This document shows, one piece after another, positions 1 through 8,185 of a stretch of 14,342 nt of DNA (positions within the stretch are counted from its first letter, which is position 1; each line of letters starts with the position of its first letter). The notes beneath the pieces are model-generated. The model did not search any database, had not been told where the DNA came from, and saw nothing but the letters and a program-made list of their open reading frames with translations. The DNA is from Candidatus Heimdallarchaeota archaeon. GTDB taxonomy: Archaea > Asgardarchaeota > Heimdallarchaeia > JABLTI01. The position numbers and the translations under genes are program-made. The stretch is from the NCBI GenBank assembly GCA_030614005.1, contig JAUWKS010000076.1, positions 1 to 14,342 of the forward strand. The letters run 5' to 3'.

Positions 1-78
1 ATTAGCCATTCGTACATCTTCTCTAAGAGGCATTTAAAAAGAAGACAGGGTATTGAATTGTAGGAGAATCACTATGCA

Positions 79-138
79 AAATTATTGACATTTCTATGAA
101 AAAAATACTGGCTTTTTTTCTTTGACTGTCGAAAATTT
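79..138. repeat. Imperfect inverted repeat, about 60 nt
   Basis: GAAAAAAA (98-105) pairs with TTTTTTTC (113-120) around a 7-nt loop. The outer arms AAATTATTGACA (79-90) and TGTCGAAAATTT (127-138) match at 10/12 positions. Confidence 0.5.
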
Positions 139-147
139 AACTATTAG

Positions 148-768
148 TTAACGAAATGATATCATACCATGAGTTTTTGCTACAGGCATAATCTCTAATT
201 CTATGTGCCTGCTGAACATATTATACATTGGTTGTTCAACAATGGGTTTGTGAGCTTTCAATTCCTTAGCAACGGCATTGGCTCGTTCTAATTGCGCTGC
301 GGTCCACACAGAAGTCCCCCAATAGTGAATTTTCCCGTCTCGAACAAGATCATCGAGAGTTTCTATTGTTTCTTTGACTGGGGTCATGTAATCATAACGG
401 TGCATATAATAGATATCAATGTAATCGAGGTTCAATCGTTCGAGTGTCCCTTCAATAGCATTCATAATATTCTTTCTACTTAATCCCCAGCGGTTAATAT
501 CTTCACTCATAGGCCAGAAGACTTTACTAGAAATAACTAAATCTTTGCGTTTAACAGTTCCTTCAGCTAAGAATTCAGCAATAACTTTTTCAGCTTCACC
601 TTTTGCGTAGATTTCCGCTGAATCAATAAAATTAACTCCTTGTTCAATCGCTGCAGCCATACATTTTTTTGCTATTTCATTTTCAACGGTACCTCCGTAT
701 GTCAACCAAGAACCTAATGAAATTTCACTTATTTTTAAACCACTTTTTCCTACACTACGATATTTCAT
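148..768 (-). pseudogene. Aldo/keto reductase (Kv-beta/Tas-like), C-terminally truncated
   Basis: The N-terminus GKSGLKISEISLGSW and the catalytic tetrad D49/Y54/K82/H123 (FIDSAEIY, SSK, YMHR) are present, plus EQPMYNMFSR. The ORF stops at 206 aa (HGMISFR*), where family members continue with WSPL-x-G and about 110 more residues. No such continuation exists in any frame in 1-147. Confidence 0.8.
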
Positions 769-777
769 TTGTTAATT

Positions 778-782
778 TCCTC
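778..782 (-). promoter_or_regulatory. Shine-Dalgarno motif for the AKR gene
   Basis: GAGGA lies 9 nt upstream of the ATG at 768. Confidence 0.55.
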
Positions 783-944
783 TGGTTAAAATTAGTCTTA
801 ATCTACCATTGATTTCAGTGAATATTAAAGAGAGCGGTTAATAAAACAAGGAAAAATTGCTTCTTCTCTTTCTTTTTGAAGCTTTACTTTAATAAAAAGG
901 CTATTTTGCCGGATTAGCTGGAATTCGAGAAATTTAATGATAAA

Positions 945-1370
945 TTAGATATCTGCCGGTGGACCTTTATTTTCATTTAACATTATTGGGTCATCAGAAT
1001 ATTGCGTCAATTCTTGAAAATTGAGATATCTATTAAAACATAGATTGAATGTCTCAAGTTTAAGTTTTTCAGGATCACTATGATATTCTTTAACTAGGTT
1101 TAACATTTTTGCAGATAAAACAGCATCACCCAGAACATAATGGATCCATAAAGCAATATCGCATTCATAATCTCCCTCATCTATTCTACACAATGCAGGA
1201 AAAATTTCTTCGGTTGGAATATCTGACAATACATCAACTAGCTCTTGTAAGCTATGAATTTTGATTTTTGTATCACCATTACCTGAGTCTCTCAGTATAA
1301 ATGCATCATCCTCATTTGGCGTTCCATTTGACATCATTGCTAGTACGTGTAAATCAGTTACTTCAGTCAT
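945..1370 (-). CDS. Hypothetical protein, DUF5752-like domain, acidic, 141 aa
   Basis: The pattern AFILRDSGNG...KIHSLQELVDVLSDIP...DIALWIHYVLGDAVLS fits the F-x-F...SL-x-E(F/L)...D(F)-x-x-WI-x-x-x-LGD-x-x-LA pattern I associate with DUF5752. Confidence 0.6.
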   Translation of the reverse strand: MTEVTDLHVLAMMSNGTPNEDDAFILRDSGNGDTKIKIHSLQELVDVLSDIPTEEIFPALCRIDEGDYECDIALWIHYVLGDAVLSAKMLNLVKEYHSDPEKLKLETFNLCFNRYLNFQELTQYSDDPIMLNENKGPPADI

Positions 1371-1469
1371 TTCTAATCTTACCTGTTTTTCTCATTTCTA
1401 TGAGGGGACGAACTTACCTCTATGAAATAGAGAAGGCACTAATAATGTTTTCCATTTGAGATATTTGGG

Positions 1470-1500
1470 AAAGAAAAGGAAAGAAGAAAAGAAGAATGAA
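1470..1500 (-). terminator. Pyrimidine/T-rich tract after the tauE-like gene; candidate archaeal terminator
   Basis: The minus strand reads TTCATTCTTCTTTTCTTCTTTCCTTTTCTTT, starting about 12 nt after the stop at 1513. Confidence 0.35.
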
Positions 1501-1512
1501 TCAATTCCTCTA

Positions 1513-2487
1513 TTACTTAACAACTACTAGTACTTTAATTATAGACCAAATCCCAACAGCTAGCAAAGCAACGGCAAAAATGAGTTTTAAAGGTTGAGAT
1601 TTTATACGTTTAGCAATTTGTGCTCCGATTTGAGCACCGATGATTATACCGACAGCTAAACCCGCAACATATGGCCACCAAATTATGTTTAAGTTTAACT
1701 CAGGATTAAGAGCTGCAGTACCAACTGCAGAAATTGATGAGAAAATCATTATGAATGCAGAAGTTGCTGTTGCGAAATGCATTGGTAAACCTATAGCTAT
1801 ATGAAGAATTGGTACCATTACAATTCCTCCACCTAGTCCACCAATTCCCGCGACAAATCCACCTGCAAATGCTAATGGAGTCAAATATAATTTGGCATTA
1901 TAAGTCCAAGCATCTCCACAATTATCTTCAAGCGTTCTATTTCGAGTTAATTTCCCCCAAATGGTAGTTTGTATTGGGGTCTCAGGGAGTGAGTTAATTA
2001 CCTGATGAGTAACGGGTTCGCAGTCATCCTCATTTTCTTTTGCAGGCTGATTTTTAGTCTGCAAATAATGTGTTGCAATTTTGGAAAACATTCTAAGAGA
2101 AGTAACTATGAGTAATCCAGCAAAAATAATAGATAAGATAGTATTATCAAATAATGTTTGTATCCACTTGCCAAGTATAGCCCCTCCAACAGCAAATACA
2201 GCTGATAATCCTCCAACAACAAAATCAACACGTTTCTGTATGCTGAAAGCAACCGTTCCTGATAGACCCGTGAATATTATTACCGTGCTCGAAATTGTAG
2301 TAGCATATTTCATAATTAATTCTGGTTCAGATACTATTTCTGCTGTGCCAACCACCATAAATTCAAAAACAATATAGGCGATTATCGGAACCATCAGCAC
2401 TCCTCCGCCAATACCAATGAGTGCTGCGAGAATACCTACTGCAAGAGCAATAGGAATAAGAATGAAGAAAATAGCAATTAATTCCAT
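1513..2487 (-). CDS. Sulfite exporter TauE/SafE (TSUP) family membrane transporter
   Basis: Two repeated halves each carry the Gly-rich signature (ALIGIGGGVLMVP; GIGGLGGGIVMVPILH). It also has HFATATS and about 8 hydrophobic segments. SD motif AGGAGT at 2494-2499. Confidence 0.9.
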   Translation of the reverse strand: MELIAIFFILIPIALAVGILAALIGIGGGVLMVPIIAYIVFEFMVVGTAEIVSEPELIMKYATTISSTVIIFTGLSGTVAFSIQKRVDFVVGGLSAVFAVGGAILGKWIQTLFDNTILSIIFAGLLIVTSLRMFSKIATHYLQTKNQPAKENEDDCEPVTHQVINSLPETPIQTTIWGKLTRNRTLEDNCGDAWTYNAKLYLTPLAFAGGFVAGIGGLGGGIVMVPILHIAIGLPMHFATATSAFIMIFSSISAVGTAALNPELNLNIIWWPYVAGLAVGIIIGAQIGAQIAKRIKSQPLKLIFAVALLAVGIWSIIKVLVVVK

Positions 2488-2565
2488 CGAGACTACTCCT
2501 GAATTGATAGTGGAATCAAAGGATAATCAAATAAAATTGTTACGGTTCATCGCAATTTAAACATT

Positions 2566-2574
2566 AAAAAAAAA
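2566..2574 (-). terminator. Oligo-T (T9) tract, candidate archaeal terminator
   Basis: Nine Ts on the minus strand begin 1 nt after the TAA of the 2576-3055 ORF. Confidence 0.5.
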
Positions 2575-2575
2575 T

Positions 2576-3055
2576 TTAATCTGACTGTTGTAGATATGGC
2601 AAAATCTTCATTTTATTACAGTTAGGGCATTTATATCGCTTGAATAACTGTTGCTGGATCTTAGGCTGAGAGTCAAAGAAGAGTAATATTAAATCCGCAT
2701 CCTCTTGAGACATACGTTCACAGTCAACAAAGGATTTCAAAGTGTGGGCTGCAGTTTCTCGGTGAATCAGAAAATCGCCTGTGTCTTTCAAGAAGTCTCT
2801 GTAATGTATTTCAACCCTCATAGGGATTTTACAATCTTCACAGAACCCGGGCTTTTTTCCTTCTTTGATTAATTTTTTAAACTCTCTTTCATTAAATTCG
2901 GAAATTCTTCCAACATGATTTGCCTTTCGCATATAACGCCATAAATAAATCAATAACGCAATTGCAGCAACTATGCCGATAGCAGGTAACAACCAATTTA
3001 ACACATTCTGAGCTGTGATTTCTTGTGTCAGTAAGCTGTTTAATTCTTGAATCAA
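2576..3055 (-). CDS. Hypothetical membrane-anchored protein with split CxxC...CxxC zinc-finger motif
   Basis: TTG start with GGATGG 7 nt upstream and an in-frame TAG two codons before it. One hydrophobic helix spans about aa 21-39, followed by a basic stretch. CEDC at 72-75 and CPNC at 143-146. Confidence 0.75.
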   Translation of the reverse strand: MIQELNSLLTQEITAQNVLNWLLPAIGIVAAIALLIYLWRYMRKANHVGRISEFNEREFKKLIKEGKKPGFCEDCKIPMRVEIHYRDFLKDTGDFLIHRETAAHTLKSFVDCERMSQEDADLILLFFDSQPKIQQQLFKRYKCPNCNKMKILPYLQQSD

Positions 3056-3153
3056 TTGCTATCCATCCTAGCAAATTATGCTATATTACGTACTATTGTA
3101 TCTTACTTCACTCTTAAAATGATTAGGTTTATTCTATTATTAAATGTTAAGAA

Positions 3154-3813
3154 TTAATTTTCCGTGTTTGTTTTATTGTGAGCACAGATATCACTCAAAA
3201 AACATTCATGACATAGCGGTTTTCCTGCTTTACAGACCGTTCTACCATGCTCTATAATGTTCAAATGGAAATTATACATTTGTTCGGGCGGAATAAGTGA
3301 CTTCATTAACTCTTGAGTTTTTTCCCTGCTTTTAGTTGAAACCATTCCCAAACGATTGCTCACTCTATGAACATGAGTATCTACTGGCATAATTGGAAAA
3401 TTGAATGAAAAGATTAACACACAAGCAGCTGTTTTCGGCCCAACGCCATCAAGTGATACTAAATACTCTTCTGCTTTTTGGATATCATAATCAGCTAAAA
3501 ATTCAAGGTCGATTTGCCCTCTTTGTTGTTTTATTTCAATAAGAGCTTTTTTTATTTTTTTGGCTTTGATATTTGCTAATCCACCACTTCTAATTATTTC
3601 AGCTATTTCTTCTTCTTGAGCAAGTATAAGATCTTCCCAGGTTGGGAATTTTGCTATCAGATTTGCGTATGCTCTTAGACTATTCTTATCAGTTGTGTTT
3701 TGTGAGAGAATAGTTCGAACAAGCTCTCCAACTGGTTCCCGCCAACGAGCCCATTTTTGTTCGCCGTAATGAGCATTAATCCTACTTATGAAAACAGATA
3801 TTCTTACTGTCAA
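3154..3813 (-). CDS. nth: Endonuclease III (HhH-GPD DNA glycosylase/AP lyase with 4Fe-4S cluster)
   Basis: LVRTILSQNT, the HhH motif LDGVGPKTA with catalytic Lys, PVDTHVHRV with catalytic Asp, and the FeS motif C-x6-C-x2-C-x5-C (CKAGKPLCHECFLSDIC). TTG start. Confidence 0.93.
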   Translation of the reverse strand: MTVRISVFISRINAHYGEQKWARWREPVGELVRTILSQNTTDKNSLRAYANLIAKFPTWEDLILAQEEEIAEIIRSGGLANIKAKKIKKALIEIKQQRGQIDLEFLADYDIQKAEEYLVSLDGVGPKTAACVLIFSFNFPIMPVDTHVHRVSNRLGMVSTKSREKTQELMKSLIPPEQMYNFHLNIIEHGRTVCKAGKPLCHECFLSDICAHNKTNTEN

Positions 3814-3817
3814 TCAA

Positions 3818-3823
3818 ATCACC
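3818..3823 (-). promoter_or_regulatory. Shine-Dalgarno motif for nth
   Basis: GGTGAT lies just upstream of the TTG at 3813, within the 13-nt gap after the cofE stop. Confidence 0.55.
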
Positions 3824-3826
3824 AAA

Positions 3827-4609
3827 CTAATTCGATTGCTGTTCTTCATTTTTGCTTTTCAGAAATGTACTGAAATACATACATTCATTCGGTGGAATTG
3901 ACATTGTTTCTGTTAAGTCTTCATCTGTAAGTATAATCGGTGCACCACGTATCAAAACTAAAGGTACTTTTTCATCTACTTCTCCTGAAAGGATTTCTGC
4001 TGCAGACATTAGATTATCAGCAATCGCTCTTCTAGTCATTTTCATTTCTCGACCATATAGATCTCGTCTACCTCGATCATCAATAACAGGCACAAAACCA
4101 GCGACACCTAAAGCCATACCACTTGTTCCACGCCGTAATGGTTGAACACGACTATCACCAATAATAATACCTAATTTACAATTGAATTTTTCTTGAAGGG
4201 ATTGTTGAATTTCTCGAGCAATTTTTGATGGGTTTTTTGGAAGAATTATAATAATACCTTCCGGTGCATTGCTTTGGTCTGCACCAGCATTTGGCATTAG
4301 ATTGTTGTCACATTTTGTTAAAAGAGCGCCCCAACAAGCTCCTAAAACCTCATCTGATTCCCTAATCGATATTTCCATAAATACAGGAGAAAGTTTAGTT
4401 ATTTCGGAGTATTTTTTAGCTTCTTCAGAAATCTCAATATCATCACTATGAACGATCAACCCACTTGTTACACTTACAATTTTACTAGCGATTGTTAAAA
4501 CATCACCATCTTGCAAAGTGACTTTTGCAGATTCTAATGCATTTAATATTACATCATAGAGATTATCATCTGTTGTTATCAAGGGTGTTCCTAAGGGAAA
4601 TAATTGCAT
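3827..4609 (-). CDS. cofE: Coenzyme F420-0:L-glutamate ligase family protein
   Basis: Motifs DGDVLTIASKIVS, PNAGADQSN, GIIIGDSRVQPLRRG, DLYGRE and AIADNLMSAAEILSGE...PLVLIRG. Confidence 0.9.
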   Translation of the reverse strand: MQLFPLGTPLITTDDNLYDVILNALESAKVTLQDGDVLTIASKIVSVTSGLIVHSDDIEISEEAKKYSEITKLSPVFMEISIRESDEVLGACWGALLTKCDNNLMPNAGADQSNAPEGIIIILPKNPSKIAREIQQSLQEKFNCKLGIIIGDSRVQPLRRGTSGMALGVAGFVPVIDDRGRRDLYGREMKMTRRAIADNLMSAAEILSGEVDEKVPLVLIRGAPIILTDEDLTETMSIPPNECMYFSTFLKSKNEEQQSN

Positions 4610-4668
4610 TTTTATTGTACTCCGTGAAGATTTTTCTCATTTTACTTTCCTAACTTACAAACTTAATT

Positions 4669-7629
4669 TTACGGTTTTATAATAAATCCCTCTCTTTTTT
4701 GTGCATCTATCCTTATCTTAAGAGGAGATTTTACTTGAATATGTTTCAAATATTTAGTTTCAGTAATAACCTTTTGTTTCTCTAACCAATGCCAATCGAT
4801 TTTATGATCTTGCGAATCATGTTTCAGATGGAAATAGCCAATATTTGATGTAATGATGTTTTGGAAGAAATGGCTTCCTTGCGAAAAGTCCACTTGAAAA
4901 CCCTCTAATTCTGCTTCTATGATTATTTTCGCACCACTTAGATTATTCCATTTAGCTGGAATGCCTAGAAATCTGTCAGCAGTCCCCCATCTGCCAAAAC
5001 CTATTAGAATATAAGGTATAGTATTTTTTACTAAATTAGCATTAATCTTATCTAGTTCTTGAACGATGTCTAATGTGTTCATTTTATTAAAAGACTCTTG
5101 TTTAACATAAACGATATCTTGGATGTCTTTTCGAACCAAATTACCAGATACTTGATTTGAGTAAACAAAAATTTGTTCAACTTCAACGGATTCAGAATCC
5201 TCTAATAGTTGTGCTTCTTGGCGCAAGAAAGGCCGAATCTGTAATAAATAGAACTTGTCCTTTTCATCTGATTTTTGACTGAAATTGCCAGCAAATTCAA
5301 CTTCTATTGAACACCCCATAGCTCGTTCACCAAGGGAAAGGATTCTGGTGATGATATCTGCTATTGGTAAAGTATCTAATTTCAGTTGTTTATTGAAAGT
5401 GATTACAGGAGAACCTTCACCAAAATAGCCAGATCTTAACATTCTATTGCCGAAATCATATGTGTCTGCAATCTTTGTCAGTGTTTTGTCTTTTATTGCA
5501 GCATCAAAATCAAGTTGAATTAGAAATGGATCCTCAACAGTAAAATCAAATTCTTCTTTAGTCATATCTATAGCGTAGAAATTTCTTTGACTTTGATTTA
5601 GTAAAATATCAGGTGTTGAATAGAAATTTGTTTTCGGGTATTTTGGACAGAAATGAAGTACTGCTCCTCCATCTACAATAATTTTACCTAACCCTAAAGC
5701 AATATGAGCAATTCTGTCTTCTGGTTTCATATTATCTCCTAAAGGATAATAATTATACGAAGCAGCGGTTCCAGAAAAGTCAGGATAATAACGACTATTG
5801 TGCTCATTTCCCACTACTTTTTGTATTACAACAGCCATTTTGGATTCTTCGACGGTTTGTCCGATTGAATCTGCATAAGATTTAGCTATTTTTAAAAATG
5901 GAGAAGCATAAACCAATTTTATTGCAATAAATAATTGCTCTAAACGTTGAGCAATATTTGAACCTTTATTAGGTAACATATATGTATTGAAAATTCCAGC
6001 AAAAGGTTGATATGCAGAATCTTCAAATAAACTCGAAGATCTTATTGCTAATGGTCCAGTCAATTTCTTTAATAGAAATTTTAAATCATCTTTCAATTTG
6101 GAAGAAAGTTTTGCTGCAACAAATTTGTTTTTAATTATTTGATCTGATACTTCCGATAGAGCAAAATCATAGAGATTATTATTCGCCATAAATTTGTCAA
6201 ATGCATCAGTGCCGATTACAATTGTTTTTGGTATTTCAATAGAAACATTTTCGAACTCTTTTGGAGATAGAAATGTATTCAAAAGAAACATTAAGAAGGC
6301 AATTCCTCTTCCTTTTCCTCCCAAGGAACCTGGTCTTAATCTCAAAAACAATGTTTCTGGATGATAATTATTTCTGGAGAAATCGTTAATTATTCCACTG
6401 GTTTTTTCAAGTACAATTTCGTTAAGGGTATTTAGAAGAAATGCTCTCAATTCCCCTTTTAAAAATTCAGACACTTTTCTGGGTTTTAGTATTTGAGCTA
6501 TTTCAAATTCGCCTCTTGCTCTTAACCAATTTGAAAAGTGATCATTTGTCCCATGATAAATTAAGGATTCAATTGGGACTTTAGCGAGTTTTTTATGAAA
6601 GTCAATTACATCTTTAGCTTTTCCAACTTCTTTTCCATTTGGTAACTTGAAAATAAAATCGCCAAATCCAACGCAATCTAGTAACCATTTACGTATATCC
6701 CATAACATTCCATGCGATCTTTTATGTATAAAATAACAACCATATTTCTCTGCTTTCTTTCGATATGTATCCTTACTCGACAGTAAAATAATAGGCATAT
6801 TTGGCCAATCTCCATGAATTTTCTCAGTAAAAGAAAAGCCTGCATTCTTATCTAACTCACCATTTTTAGTAAATTCAATGTCTGAGATAATACCCAGAAC
6901 ATATTTTTCGTATTTGTTATAGTATTCCATAGCTTCTTCATAAGTTTCTGCCAACAATATTTTTGGTCGTATCCTCATTTTAAGTAAATCTTGAAAATCG
7001 TTTGTTCCTTCTGAAATCAACCTATGTGTTTGCATCATTATCTCTGCATATAATTCAGGCAATAGAAGCGAATAAAATCTAACCGAATCATCTACGAAAA
7101 TGAAAACTCTTACTTGTCCATTTTTAGTGTCAAAATCAGCATTAAGTTTATCTTCCAAGTGTTTGATGATAGCAACAAATATTTTAGAATCACCATTCCA
7201 AACAAATGTCCTATCAATTCCACCCCTATTTTCAGTACTTGGTAGGAATTTTATTTCTACAACGCTATTTAACAATAAAATTACGGGAATATCATGGATT
7301 TTTTTCACTGCACTGCCAAATGAAAAAGCATCCATATCGCCTACTCTTCTCATAGTAATAACGAGATCATATTTCTTTTTCTGTAGTAAATCAAGTGCTT
7401 CTTTTGCTGAGGATACTCTTGAAATTCTAGGCAATGTCCGTAGATTCAAATTCTGAAATTCTTCGTATATTTGATCAGAGAGTCTTCCATCCTCTTCTAA
7501 CATAAAACTATCATAAATACTTGAAACCAACAACACATTAGTCAATCGTTTCGCCATTAATTCATGAAAGACTTTGTATTTTGGTTTGTATTCTAAATAG
7601 AAGCTTTCATCTTTATTTTCGTGTGTCAT
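4669..7629 (-). CDS. Receiver-domain / PEP-pyruvate-binding (PPDK_N ATP-grasp) fusion protein, 986 aa
   Basis: N-terminal pseudo-receiver (LLVSSIYDSFMLEEDG; YDLVITM). Second receiver with D180/D181, D250, S284/S285 and K303. ATP-grasp motifs GSLGGKGRG, LAIRSSSLFEDS, FAGIFNT, MAVVIQKVVG, EVEFAG and LLQIRP. C-terminal GRWG...SQGSHFFQN domain. Confidence 0.85.
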   Translation of the reverse strand: MTHENKDESFYLEYKPKYKVFHELMAKRLTNVLLVSSIYDSFMLEEDGRLSDQIYEEFQNLNLRTLPRISRVSSAKEALDLLQKKKYDLVITMRRVGDMDAFSFGSAVKKIHDIPVILLLNSVVEIKFLPSTENRGGIDRTFVWNGDSKIFVAIIKHLEDKLNADFDTKNGQVRVFIFVDDSVRFYSLLLPELYAEIMMQTHRLISEGTNDFQDLLKMRIRPKILLAETYEEAMEYYNKYEKYVLGIISDIEFTKNGELDKNAGFSFTEKIHGDWPNMPIILLSSKDTYRKKAEKYGCYFIHKRSHGMLWDIRKWLLDCVGFGDFIFKLPNGKEVGKAKDVIDFHKKLAKVPIESLIYHGTNDHFSNWLRARGEFEIAQILKPRKVSEFLKGELRAFLLNTLNEIVLEKTSGIINDFSRNNYHPETLFLRLRPGSLGGKGRGIAFLMFLLNTFLSPKEFENVSIEIPKTIVIGTDAFDKFMANNNLYDFALSEVSDQIIKNKFVAAKLSSKLKDDLKFLLKKLTGPLAIRSSSLFEDSAYQPFAGIFNTYMLPNKGSNIAQRLEQLFIAIKLVYASPFLKIAKSYADSIGQTVEESKMAVVIQKVVGNEHNSRYYPDFSGTAASYNYYPLGDNMKPEDRIAHIALGLGKIIVDGGAVLHFCPKYPKTNFYSTPDILLNQSQRNFYAIDMTKEEFDFTVEDPFLIQLDFDAAIKDKTLTKIADTYDFGNRMLRSGYFGEGSPVITFNKQLKLDTLPIADIITRILSLGERAMGCSIEVEFAGNFSQKSDEKDKFYLLQIRPFLRQEAQLLEDSESVEVEQIFVYSNQVSGNLVRKDIQDIVYVKQESFNKMNTLDIVQELDKINANLVKNTIPYILIGFGRWGTADRFLGIPAKWNNLSGAKIIIEAELEGFQVDFSQGSHFFQNIITSNIGYFHLKHDSQDHKIDWHWLEKQKVITETKYLKHIQVKSPLKIRIDAQKREGFIIKP

Positions 7630-7715
7630 TTGGAAAACCTACTCTTTCAAAGCTGTTCTCTTAGTATAGAAATCGTTTTTGAGATATAATAATGCTAGTG
7701 TGTTTTAGTGCTATT

Positions 7716-8174
7716 TTATTCATCTGAATATGTTGCACTAGCACCAGGTGCTTCTTCTATATTCACTGTTATCACAAATTGAGGCCATAATTTTTTGAGA
7801 ATAGAATGGAAATATTTTGATAACGTTTCAGAGGTTGTTGCTTCTAATGGTAAAAATACCACATCTTCTTTGGGAAACAAATAGCGTTTATTACAGGTTA
7901 TAACTTCAATCGAGTCATCTTTTTCTTCCACTTGTAACCCTTCTGCTTTAGAGGGAATTAGTACCCTGTGGTCCAATTTGTTAGTTATTTTTTTTAATTC
8001 GGATTTCAAGTCTCCATAATCTAAAACCATATGTTGGTCATCTAATTCGCCTTTTAATTTCACCTTTATGAAATAATTATGTCCATGCAATCTCCCACAT
8101 TTATCATGACCTACAATAAAGTGAGCAGAAGCAAAACCAATTCTAGGATCCTCGAATTCAATTTCAAACGGCAT
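7716..8174 (-). CDS. queD: 6-carboxy-5,6,7,8-tetrahydropterin synthase (QueD/PTPS family)
   Basis: FASAHFIVGHDKCGRLHGHNY carries the Zn-binding His residues and the catalytic Cys; also MVLDYGDLK and LDHRVL. I place the start at ATG 8174, because GAGGA (8183-8187) sits 8 nt upstream, rather than at TTG 8189. Confidence 0.9.
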   Translation of the reverse strand: MPFEIEFEDPRIGFASAHFIVGHDKCGRLHGHNYFIKVKLKGELDDQHMVLDYGDLKSELKKITNKLDHRVLIPSKAEGLQVEEKDDSIEVITCNKRYLFPKEDVVFLPLEATTSETLSKYFHSILKKLWPQFVITVNIEEAPGASATYSDE

Positions 8175-8185
8175 GTAATATTTCC

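Noticed and set aside
1-33. Possible gene start MPLREDVRMAN running off the left edge on the minus strand
   Set aside because: Only 11 codons are visible, with no SD motif and no recognisable motif; it cannot be called.
1391-1432. Two short inverted repeats (CTCAT/ATGAG and CTCTAT/ATAGAG) upstream of the DUF5752-like gene
   Set aside because: Arms of 5-6 bp in AT-rich DNA, with no second copy seen elsewhere in the window.
4669-7629. Idea that the PPDK-like protein is a PEP synthase supplying PEP for F420 synthesis
   Set aside because: It lacks the C-terminal pyruvate/PEP-binding barrel needed for PEP synthesis; adjacency to cofE alone is not evidence.
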